Shown here piece after piece: positions 26,600 through 34,115 of a stretch of DNA of 39,832 bases. The notes under the pieces are model-generated. The model was given only the letters and a program-made list of their open reading frames with translations, was not told where the DNA came from and made no database searches. Source of the DNA: a virus (Duplodnaviria > Caudoviricetes). The DNA lies in the IMG/VR virus record IMGVR_UViG_3300033513_000026, positions 1 through 39,832 of that record, one strand, 5' to 3'. Numbering within the stretch: the stretch's first letter is position 1; each line of letters begins with the position of its first letter. The translations under genes and the position numbers were made by a program.

Positions 26600-26611
26600 G
26601 TGAGTGCTTAC
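26600..26611. promoter_or_regulatory. SlmA-binding-sequence-like palindrome 2
   Basis: GTGAGTGCTTAC preceded by GTTAGTGA. Confidence 0.5.
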
Positions 26612-27161
26612 GTACGAGAGTTCTGGAGGAATGAGGACGGACTCGACTAGCATCCACTCTCTTCCCTTCATTACCCATTCATCACTACTACTTATCCAAT
26701 CTACTCGACCTATAAGTTTCGCTTATGCTTAGACTGTTGAGTCTAAATAGATATTGACGTTTGAGTAATGTACGAATTAAGGACGTAGGATCGTGGCGTC
26801 TCCCCTTAATACGATCCGGTCTAGGTTTAGGTCGTGTCAATCTTTTGTCGATTGAAATAGTGATGACTGACCTACAGTGCGATTATGTTTAGAGAGGGTC
26901 GGCTTAGTGCTGGCTGTGCCCTCTACCTGGCTTAAGAAGGTTTAAGCTTTGTTCAGGTCGCTAGTTTATTACTTCCGGCTTGCGAAGCCTCTCGGTGTGT
27001 TTTGGTGCGTTTGTGGGCCTATTGTAACTTACTCGTCCCACTCATTCGAGTCCCAATCGTGATCTTTCATTTCTGATTACCGCTTGATGTGCTATCCAAC
27101 CTCCACGGCACTACCACCTCTATTTGCATGGATGCAGGACGAAGATTGAATAGCTGGTTAG

Positions 27162-27170
27162 ATTATACCA
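27162..27170 (-). promoter_or_regulatory. Candidate late-operon promoter (extended -10)
   Basis: Minus strand TGGTATAAT right after the nin-region terminator, facing the packaging genes. Confidence 0.45.
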
Positions 27171-27199
27171 AAAAAATCCCCGGCAAGCTGCACCGGGGC
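27170..27199 (-). terminator. Rho-independent terminator ending the replication/nin transcript
   Basis: Minus strand CCCCGG-tgcagcttg-CCGGGG-ATTTTTTT. Confidence 0.7.
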
Positions 27200-27238
27200 T
27201 AGTTCCGGAATTTCACCGGATCGGGGGAGAGAGACGGC

Positions 27239-27421
27239 TTACCCGTCAGCATCGGGACAGCGCCCGAGATGAGTCTTTAACCAGTCCTCAAGCTTGACCG
27301 CATCTTCTTGCAGCTTTGAAACCGCCCAAAGTGCGTATGTCCATTCTTTGTTCGTCAAATGCTCATTGATGCTTTTAACAACTCCGGGAAGTGATGCGGT
27401 TACTTCGCTGTAGTCTTCCAT
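27239..27421 (-). CDS. Hypothetical protein
   Basis: AAGGAG RBS; 60 aa. Confidence 0.55.
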   Translation of the reverse strand: MEDYSEVTASLPGVVKSINEHLTNKEWTYALWAVSKLQEDAVKLEDWLKTHLGRCPDADG

Positions 27422-27947
27422 TATTTCTCCTTAGCTCTCTCGCCATCCTCAAATACTTCTGTTTTATCTCTTGCAGGTCTTGGATTGTGTATTTAGCTGG
27501 TTCGTGTGGGCCTTCTAGCCATTCTACGCGCTCAATTCCTATCCGATCAATTAGCCCTTTTCGGTATCCGATGAGATTCCCGTGGAGGTGCAGATTGTCC
27601 CGTATTGACTGAGCGTGTACATTATCTTCATTGAATCGTAATTCTGGTCTGATGCTTGTAGCGAGATAGTGGCCGGCTTGGAATAGTTCACTCCATGCAA
27701 TGCCTGAAGATATGCAGGGCTTTCCTCTATCACGAATCCTGATGTAAGCGTTAAATGCCGATTGAGCCTCTCGCATCCAATCTCCACGGGATTTGGCCTT
27801 AATTTTTGCCTCACGATATTCCTTTTTGGTTTTCTTTTCAGATTGCTTTCGACCATATGCTATAGAGCATTCAAACGAGCAAACAACTTGTGTAGAGGTT
27901 CGGCGTGTAAATGGCTTCTTGCACTCTTTGCATTTAGGCAGACGCAT
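27375..27947 (-). CDS. ninG: NinG/Rap recombination endonuclease
   Basis: 'KCKECKKPF..QVVCSFEC', 'AQSAFNAYIRIRD..PCISSG..AGHY..ELRFNEDNVHAQ..GNL..YRKGLIDRIG'. Confidence 0.9.
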   Translation of the reverse strand: MRLPKCKECKKPFTRRTSTQVVCSFECSIAYGRKQSEKKTKKEYREAKIKAKSRGDWMREAQSAFNAYIRIRDRGKPCISSGIAWSELFQAGHYLATSIRPELRFNEDNVHAQSIRDNLHLHGNLIGYRKGLIDRIGIERVEWLEGPHEPAKYTIQDLQEIKQKYLRMARELRRNNGRLQRSNRITSRSC

Positions 27948-28368
27948 TCCTTAACACCTTGGAGAATGGTTCACGGATGTATTCGTGAAAATATCTTGCC
28001 GCCAGTTCATTGCAATCAAGTTCCGCTCGGCTTTCGATACCACACACATCACGAAGCCATGCCGCGGCTTCTTGCTCAGAAGTAATGTTGTGTTTACTTG
28101 CCCATTCCCAAAACTCCGGCATCTTGCACCAGTTAGCAGCGAGCTTCGCAAGCGGCCCACCTTTAGGTTCTGCGTCCTTTATCATCTCTTTCCTTGCAGA
28201 CTCACTAGACGCCTCTTGGGTCAATGCGGCTAGAGCCATAGGGGTATCGGGTGCGCCGAAAAGTTTAAACGCATCCTGGGACTTCCTAGGGTCTATGTCC
28301 ACGGTTAAGCGCAAGGTTCCGTCTGCCATGGTGGTACAGCGCCGGCTTGTTGCTTCAATGATGCTCAT
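27934..28368 (-). CDS. Hypothetical phage protein
   Basis: 'TMADGTLRLTVDIDP' and 'CGIESRAELD' patterns; nin-region position. Confidence 0.6.
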   Translation of the reverse strand: MSIIEATSRRCTTMADGTLRLTVDIDPRKSQDAFKLFGAPDTPMALAALTQEASSESARKEMIKDAEPKGGPLAKLAANWCKMPEFWEWASKHNITSEQEAAAWLRDVCGIESRAELDCNELAARYFHEYIREPFSKVLRNASA

Positions 28369-28826
28369 TCTGTCTTTCCTTCTGGTTGTGGGGCGGGAGG
28401 AAGGGGCATCCAGTGGGTAATGCCGGAATACATGATCGTTAATTCATGGCTGTACCACCCAAGGTTGACCACAAATCTCATCACTATTGGGATGCATTTC
28501 CCGTGCATAGAGCAAAAAACCAAATAGAAACCGTCCGACTCAGGCAATCTTTCTTTTGATTTGACCCATCCGTCCGAAAGCTGCGCAATACGAGCTTGCA
28601 GTTTCTCAACTTTATGTTTCAGTCCGAATGCCGGTTCGCCTCCGATAGCATCGCCCTCGTTGTTAACACCAAGAACCTCACGGTTATAGCGATCCGCCCA
28701 TTGAAGCTTAGACTGGCGTTCTTCTTCGCATAGTTTCAATGCTACAGCCAACTTGTTTTCTGCCTCAACAAGGCTATCGTGTAACCGCATGTTTCGTACA
28801 ATCAAATCTGATTCGCATTGACTCAT
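28365..28826 (-). CDS. DUF551-domain (Eaa/Ea22-like) protein
   Basis: 'WVKSKERLPE...ITHWMPLPPAP'. Confidence 0.8.
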   Translation of the reverse strand: MSQCESDLIVRNMRLHDSLVEAENKLAVALKLCEEERQSKLQWADRYNREVLGVNNEGDAIGGEPAFGLKHKVEKLQARIAQLSDGWVKSKERLPESDGFYLVFCSMHGKCIPIVMRFVVNLGWYSHELTIMYSGITHWMPLPPAPQPEGKTE

Positions 28827-28832
28827 GTTTTT

Positions 28833-29270
28833 CTACTCCTCATCGGTAAGTGCAAAATGGTTTTCTCCGCAACAGGAGATAGCTCGGTTTTCTGGTCGTC
28901 TTGATCCGCAATATACGCAGGCTTCAATTTGGTCTTTCCCGCCTTCCTCCAGCCCCTTCTTCGCCTCGGCCAGTTCCTTGCGCAGCCGCTCGTTCTCCTG
29001 TTGTATGTGGGCGATGTCGGGATGGAGGGCATAGAGTTCTTGTGTAACTCCATACGGGCATCCCCTGCTCTTATAGTAGTCAACCCATTCATCCGCAACA
29101 GGCCATCCAGTTTGCCCAAGAGGCTGCCCGCCTTTTACAACCGGCTCCTGCTTCCTCGCCTGCTCAAGCTCTTGAAGGTAAATCCTTGCCTCCATGATGT
29201 CTACTCCATCATAGTCACCGCTTTTCAGCTTGGCGCACAACAATGCTATTGGTTGTTTGCTCATCTTCAT
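28833..29270 (-). CDS. Hypothetical protein
   Basis: GAGGA RBS; C-terminal CxxC...CC. Confidence 0.55.
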   Translation of the reverse strand: MKMSKQPIALLCAKLKSGDYDGVDIMEARIYLQELEQARKQEPVVKGGQPLGQTGWPVADEWVDYYKSRGCPYGVTQELYALHPDIAHIQQENERLRKELAEAKKGLEEGGKDQIEACVYCGSRRPENRAISCCGENHFALTDEE

Positions 29271-29276
29271 AGTCCT

Positions 29277-29510
29277 CTAACGTTTCTTGGGTTTATGAAT
29301 AGGCGCATAGCTTTTGCGGTATTCTGCGCACACTTTATCTCCGAGATATACCGTGAACTTAGCAAATCGCGCTTCTTTACCGTTGCGATTGAGTTCGCAG
29401 TACCCACCTCGCAACATGTCCATGCAAACTTGCATCAGTTCTTCGTGGATAATTGCGTAGATTTTTTGTTCTCTGAGCTTGCTATAATTTTTTCTGTCAG
29501 CCATCTTCAT
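29277..29510 (-). CDS. Hypothetical protein
   Basis: AAGGA RBS; 77 aa. Confidence 0.5.
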   Translation of the reverse strand: MKMADRKNYSKLREQKIYAIIHEELMQVCMDMLRGGYCELNRNGKEARFAKFTVYLGDKVCAEYRKSYAPIHKPKKR

Positions 29511-29517
29511 AGTCCTT

Positions 29518-30516
29518 TCATTTAAGTGCGGAGCGGAATAGCTCCGCTGATTTATCGGCTCTTACTCTGTTTCCCGGATGACGTTTGTAAATAAACTCTT
29601 CAAATGCCATTTTTTTGAAAAACGCCGGCTGGTTTCCGTATGCCGCAAGGTCAACATAAAAATCATGATGCTCGCTCCCCCAGCATTCAATATCTCGCAT
29701 GACATAAGGAAGCAATTTTCGGTTACGCAGGAATTCAACCCGTTTCACCGTCTCGGTTAGCGGCATTGCAGGATTTACATACACATAGAATTTTGCGCCC
29801 CACGGCTTAATCCATTGCAGCAATTTAAGCTGTCTTTCTATAATGCGCCTATAGCCCCAATTATCGAACGCGAAAATATATTCGCCCATATAGTTTAGTT
29901 TAAATAAAGCAGCAGAATTTTCCTCGGTTATCAACCGTATATCCAATCCCTGATTAAACTGACACTTGATTTTCCTCTCCGCCAGCCATTCAAGAATTTC
30001 AACGTGGTTTGGAAGTTGAAGAAAATTGTTATCCATGAACTTCACTTTTTTGAACTTGCGGATTATGTTTTCCAAGTCTGCTTCTACTTGGTGAATTTTC
30101 CCCTCTTTTTGCGGGACTACGCACCAATGGCATTTGCGATCACACCCGCGACTAATGAACCCATAGGCCGTATCGTTGTCTGAATAAATTGAGTAATCCA
30201 ACTCCTGTTCGTCTATCTCATCTGGCAACGTTGCGTCCAGACTAATACCTGTGCCACCGAATAAGCAAAGTCCTTTCTGGCTGTAAAGGTCGAAATCAAC
30301 GCAATCCATTGTCCCTCCGAAAATAGCTGACAAATAAACTGCATCGTATCCAGCCGTCGAAATAGTTGTGCGCGTTCGCTTGTCCGGGTAATAGGATATT
30401 CCTAATCTTTTCAACTCCACTTCATCCCCCATTGATTTGTGGTATGAAGATATTTTCATCAGCGCAAGGTTCGGGATTGTTGAATCTACGTCGATCAATA
30501 GAATGCGCAAAGCCAT
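29518..30516 (-). CDS. Radical SAM-family protein
   Basis: 'LIDVDSTIPNLALMKIS' N-terminus, CxxxCxxC in 'SRGCDRKCHWCVVPQKEG', 'MDNNFL' and 'FNQGLDIRL'. Confidence 0.85.
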   Translation of the reverse strand: MALRILLIDVDSTIPNLALMKISSYHKSMGDEVELKRLGISYYPDKRTRTTISTAGYDAVYLSAIFGGTMDCVDFDLYSQKGLCLFGGTGISLDATLPDEIDEQELDYSIYSDNDTAYGFISRGCDRKCHWCVVPQKEGKIHQVEADLENIIRKFKKVKFMDNNFLQLPNHVEILEWLAERKIKCQFNQGLDIRLITEENSAALFKLNYMGEYIFAFDNWGYRRIIERQLKLLQWIKPWGAKFYVYVNPAMPLTETVKRVEFLRNRKLLPYVMRDIECWGSEHHDFYVDLAAYGNQPAFFKKMAFEEFIYKRHPGNRVRADKSAELFRSALK

Positions 30517-30519
30517 TCT

Positions 30520-31161
30520 CTACCCCTCCGCTTTCTCTGCCAGACAAAGCAATACTGACGCAATATCTTGTCCGGAATATAACTGATAGTTCAACTCAAA
30601 ATTATTTGCCGCCTCTTCCAGCACCTCTTTCCTGATCCTCTCCCGGTAGGCTTGTATGTCTGGAAAGGTGGCTGAGAGTGCGTTCTTTATCATGCAATCT
30701 TTGGCGTGCTTTACCCCCGACGAATCTGAGGCTTTATTGAATTCGCATTCCGGGCAAGTAAAGTAGATATTGCTAGATTCCTCGTAATGCATACCAACCA
30801 CTTCCACTGCCTGTAATGCATCCGCCAGCATCGCCATCTTCCCGGCCTGATCTGCCTGAATATGCGCAGCGTATTCTTTGGCAAATGCCCATGAAGCATC
30901 AGCTACAGTCTCGAATACCCCATCATCAAGGTAGCGAGCAAGCAGCCCACCAAGGTGTTCCCTCGCCTTGCGCAAGCTATCTGGTTTCATGGTTTGCGCA
31001 ACTGCATCTTGCTGCTCGGCCTGTGCTTGTTGGCGGACGTGGGTGAGTAGGGAATCCAGTTGTGCCGCAGTCATTTGAATAGGGCTAATAGCAAAATCAT
31101 TTACATACGTTGCGCCATATTTGATCGCCAGTGCAATATCTTCTTCTTTGGTCATGGTCAC
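30520..31161 (-). CDS. Hypothetical mosaic phage protein
   Basis: 213 aa with a CPEC..H..DC motif. Confidence 0.55.
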   Translation of the reverse strand: MTMTKEEDIALAIKYGATYVNDFAISPIQMTAAQLDSLLTHVRQQAQAEQQDAVAQTMKPDSLRKAREHLGGLLARYLDDGVFETVADASWAFAKEYAAHIQADQAGKMAMLADALQAVEVVGMHYEESSNIYFTCPECEFNKASDSSGVKHAKDCMIKNALSATFPDIQAYRERIRKEVLEEAANNFELNYQLYSGQDIASVLLCLAEKAEG

Positions 31162-31436
31162 TCTTTCCCAATATCAACGAATACTCTGCGGACGGCGCTG
31201 GCACGGAGATCAGCGCTCTTGTCGTTGTAGCTCTGGCTGCCGTAGTCGAAGTTCTGGAACCAGGCATAGTAAGAGTCGGCCGCGTGCTGCGTATTGCTCC
31301 AGTACGCGGCTTTCTGAAATTCCTCCGGCAGGTATTGGAACAGGAGGGCCTGCTCGGCCCGATCCGGCAGGTCGCCGCCGAGGGAGTTTGCCCCCAAGTA
31401 TTCCTCCACCAGCGCCCGCGAAAAGAGCCAACTCAT
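31158..31436 (-). CDS. DUF1566 (Lcl-type) domain protein, N-terminally truncated or chimeric
   Basis: 'GGDLPDRAEQALLF..YWSNTQ..YAWFQNFDYGSQ..K...RASAVRR'. Confidence 0.7.
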   Translation of the reverse strand: MSWLFSRALVEEYLGANSLGGDLPDRAEQALLFQYLPEEFQKAAYWSNTQHAADSYYAWFQNFDYGSQSYNDKSADLRASAVRRVFVDIGKE

Positions 31437-31440
31437 TCAT
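31381..31440 (-). pseudogene. Remnant 5' end of a DNA cytosine methyltransferase
   Basis: MNELALFAGAGGGILGGKL is C5-MTase motif I; the frame then runs into unrelated sequence. Confidence 0.65.
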
Positions 31441-31504
31441 TTACCCCTATTCCTATTTAATTTGATGTTCGTATGTTAAGCCCTTTCTGAACTAATTGCA
31501 AGAA

Positions 31505-32176
31505 CTATTTACTCGAAAAAGTAGACTTGCTCAAAATCTCTTTCATTTTGGCTATTTTCTCTTTTGCTTCGTTCGTTGGCTTGTAAGCAAGAGCTAACTT
31601 TTTCTCCCCTGCCGCCTCAAGAAGTGGCACGGCATTCTCCGGCGGAAGTAAACTAATCGCGTGTTCCGGCTTCAATCTTCCAAGCCTGATTGCTTCTGCT
31701 AGGCATGCTTCCCTTGATTCTTTGTCTTGACCGAGTGAAGGTAACCATTTAACAAGCTCGCCAAGACGTTTTGCGGTATCTACAAGGCGCGTATAGGCAT
31801 CTTTGAAGGCCATCCTAGCAGCTACTTGGTCGCCTTCGTCTAAGAGCGGTTGCGCAACTCTTAGAGCTTTTGCCATTTCCTCAGTCATTACTACGCTGGT
31901 GTATTCGTCTCTAGGGATCATCGCCCAGGCTTCCTCTACAGACGGACGGCCATCAGGAACGATCTTATCCAGAATGTCGAGAATATCGGCAGGACGCGGA
32001 GAAAATTTGCTGAGTCTGATGTGTTCGTCAAGTGCTGAACGAACATGCTCAATGTCGAATCTGTTTAGGGCAGACCACCACAGTCTAAGCGCATCAGGAG
32101 ACAAAGGGGATTGATCGTAGGTTTCCCGAGTAACTTTCATGAGCGCGGCGAATTCAGTTTTTTGTCTATCCAACAT
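31505..32176 (-). CDS. Replication-associated protein (helicase-loader/inhibitor-like N-terminus, DUF6475-like)
   Basis: Downstream of the initiator; 'LWWSAL..FDIEHVRSAL..H..SKFSPRPADI..DGRPSVEEAW..AARMAFKDAY'. Confidence 0.6.
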   Translation of the reverse strand: MLDRQKTEFAALMKVTRETYDQSPLSPDALRLWWSALNRFDIEHVRSALDEHIRLSKFSPRPADILDILDKIVPDGRPSVEEAWAMIPRDEYTSVVMTEEMAKALRVAQPLLDEGDQVAARMAFKDAYTRLVDTAKRLGELVKWLPSLGQDKESREACLAEAIRLGRLKPEHAISLLPPENAVPLLEAAGEKKLALAYKPTNEAKEKIAKMKEILSKSTFSSK

Positions 32177-32945
32177 GCTTAGATTCCCCCTCGATTATGT
32201 TATCCGTTCCCAAGAAGTCCCGAAGCTCTGCATCAAAATCTCTCCCGGATGATTTGTTAGATTTCAGCCAGTCTGCATTGAATCCTTGCCAGCTTCGCTT
32301 GCAGCAAATCTTTACGGCTTCGTCTACAGAAATTCCCGCCTTGCCAGCTTCTCTAATCAAATCATATAGTGCTGTCCGCGTCAGTGGAGCGCGCTTTGCT
32401 TTTCTGATTGTCAACCAGTCTTTGGCGTGTTGTTCTGCTACACCGAGTTCAAGCAAAAGTTTGAACGGCGATTTTGTTGCCGACTTGTCGGCAGAAGGCG
32501 AATCAGTAATCAGTGAATCAGTGTTAAGGGAATCAGGAATCACTGAATCAGGAATCAGAGAATCAGCAGGAGTCAAACCGTTTTTTAACGGTGCTATAAC
32601 CGTTACTTGGCAACCTTCTGTATATTCTGGATATTCTGAATCCTTCTCTGTATGGTGAGGATTCTGATGTTCTTTGAACTTCACCACTTGAATTAGCTTC
32701 AATCCATTGACTTCATACCTATGGATTAACTTGAACGAAACAAGCACGGTTAGATAACCGTTAATGTCAAAATTATCACGGTACGGGAACAACTCTGCTT
32801 TAATGCGCAACGGACGATCTTCAAGAATCCCGGCCTTGTCTGCTAAAGTCCAAAGTCCGGCGAACAGGAGAGAAACGAACGGATCAGCAGTTCCTAGGTC
32901 TTCGTTCTTGAAAAATCCTGGCTTGATGTTTCTAGCTCGCGCCAT
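32166..32945 (-). CDS. Phage replication initiator (lambda O-like / replisome organiser)
   Basis: 'MARARNIKPGFFKNEDL..LLFAGLWTLADKAG.LEDRP.RIKAELFPY', internal repeats, and C-terminal 'W..IRKAKRAPLT..WQGFNADW'. Confidence 0.8.
   Translation of the reverse strand: MARARNIKPGFFKNEDLGTADPFVSLLFAGLWTLADKAGILEDRPLRIKAELFPYRDNFDINGYLTVLVSFKLIHRYEVNGLKLIQVVKFKEHQNPHHTEKDSEYPEYTEGCQVTVIAPLKNGLTPADSLIPDSVIPDSLNTDSLITDSPSADKSATKSPFKLLLELGVAEQHAKDWLTIRKAKRAPLTRTALYDLIREAGKAGISVDEAVKICCKRSWQGFNADWLKSNKSSGRDFDAELRDFLGTDNIIEGESKHVG
32478..32604. repeat. Iteron-like repeats inside the initiator gene (putative phage ori)
   Basis: GAATCAG at 15-bp period (32500, 32515, 32530, 32545, 32560), palindrome TGCCGAC-TT-GTCGGCA (32478-93) and AACGGT-N6-ACCGTT (32587-604). 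Confidence 0.55.
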
Positions 32946-32958
32946 ATTTGCTTTCAAT

Positions 32959-33058
32959 AAAAAAGCCCTGAGAGAGACTCCAACAGAAATTCTGTTTTGG
33001 CGGCGCATCAGGTGGATGCCGGAGTCTCTTTCAGGGCTTACCTTAATCATCCCGCCAA
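32959..33058 (-). ncRNA. Multibranch structured RNA / attenuator upstream of the replication initiator
   Basis: 19-bp closing stem (32963-81/33021-39, 18/19 paired) enclosing two hairpins, followed by a U-run on the minus strand. Confidence 0.55.
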
Positions 33059-33172
33059 GGATGCAAAGTAATTGTATCATGCACGGTTAGCACATTCAAG
33101 GCCGGGCGTCCCTGTTTAACAATGCCTAGCGTGCGTAGTATCCGCTAGACTATCCCATGTGCAATAGGTGCA

Positions 33173-33247
33173 TGGTGCCCCGAAACAGACTTGAACTGAT
33201 AACCTTCGCCTTACAAGGGCGCTGCTCTACCATTGAGCTATCGGGGC
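33173..33247 (-). tRNA. trnT: tRNA-Thr(UGU)
   Basis: GCCCCGA acceptor stem, D arm GCTC/GAGC, anticodon loop CT-TGT-AA, T loop TTCAAGT, encoded CCA. Confidence 0.9.
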
Positions 33248-33252
33248 GGATA

Positions 33253-33783
33253 TCACTTGCTCTTACCCTTCCATTCTTCGTCTTTCTCTAGGGTTTTCTT
33301 GAAATACCATCCAGCCGCGTGATGGTAAATAACGATCCCTTCGGGATTCATAAAGCCAGGCGCTGCTTTGCTCCCGTTTTCTTTGAGATTATGCAGTGCA
33401 TCCGCAATTGCAGACTGAACAAATAGTCCTTCATAAAGCACAGGGACAATTCCGCAGCACTCAGGGCGAGACTCTGACCATTTCTTAGTATTGAACAGAG
33501 AAAACTTCTTTTCTGTTTGTGAATAATTACGCTGGATTCCAGAGCCCCACCATTCTCCGAAATGTCTACCAACACCCAAAGTCATCAATTCGTCTTTATG
33601 ATCGAATGCCCATTTCGCAAATCCGAAGTTGTCGTCTTCCGGCGTAATCCAGCGCGTGCGGGAGCCTACAAAAAACTCTCCATTTTCACCAATACAGATT
33701 TGCGCATTTGTGCCATCAATTTTTTCCGTAATGGTACATTCGCGTGATAACCGATAAATTTTCCCGAACGATTCAAATTCCAT
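33253..33783 (-). CDS. RNA ligase-family nucleotidyltransferase (Rnl2-like adenylation domain)
   Basis: Motif I 'TEKIDGTNA', 'GSRTR', 'FGEWWG', 'FSLF', 'EGIVI' and 'FKK'. Confidence 0.8.
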   Translation of the reverse strand: MEFESFGKIYRLSRECTITEKIDGTNAQICIGENGEFFVGSRTRWITPEDDNFGFAKWAFDHKDELMTLGVGRHFGEWWGSGIQRNYSQTEKKFSLFNTKKWSESRPECCGIVPVLYEGLFVQSAIADALHNLKENGSKAAPGFMNPEGIVIYHHAAGWYFKKTLEKDEEWKGKSK

Positions 33784-33794
33784 TTCGTCTCCTT

Positions 33795-33977
33795 TTAAGA
33801 TGCTTTCACAAGATCAGGATTCTCTTCCTTAGCCTTTGTCAGAATTTGCCACATCCTAGCAGCCGTCATTCCTTTGTGCAATGCAAATTGCCTCCCGGAT
33901 TTACCGAATTTCAGAAACTCCTCGTAAATCTGTTTCCGTCGAGCGATTCCATCTGCCTTACGTGTCTTTGCATCCAT
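33795..33977 (-). CDS. Small HTH regulator (Cro-like position)
   Basis: 'SGRQFALHKGMTAARMWQIL'; first gene after the leftward promoter. Confidence 0.6.
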   Translation of the reverse strand: MDAKTRKADGIARRKQIYEEFLKFGKSGRQFALHKGMTAARMWQILTKAKEENPDLVKAS

Positions 33978-34007
33978 GTTAGTCCTTTAGTGGTTAATGG
34001 CAAGGAC

Positions 34008-34036
34008 ATAATACATTGTTTATCTGTTGTCGGCAA
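34008..34036 (-). promoter_or_regulatory. Leftward sigma70 promoter
   Basis: Minus strand TTGCCG-N17-TATTAT. Confidence 0.65.
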
Positions 34037-34054
34037 GTTCTTTTTACAAAGTGC

Positions 34055-34083
34055 TTGACATAGTATGTTGAGGTGAGGATAAT
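34055..34083 (+). promoter_or_regulatory. Rightward sigma70 promoter
   Basis: TTGACA-N17-GATAAT. Confidence 0.8.
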
Positions 34084-34115
34084 GCAAAGTAGTTGTTAAC
34101 CAAAGGAGAGAAGGA

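Noticed and set aside
31158-31436. DUF1566 gene as a DGR target
   Set aside because: No reverse transcriptase or template-repeat copy was seen in the genome.
33173-33247. tRNA as an attP integration target
   Set aside because: There is no adjacent integrase and the tRNA is complete within an operon.
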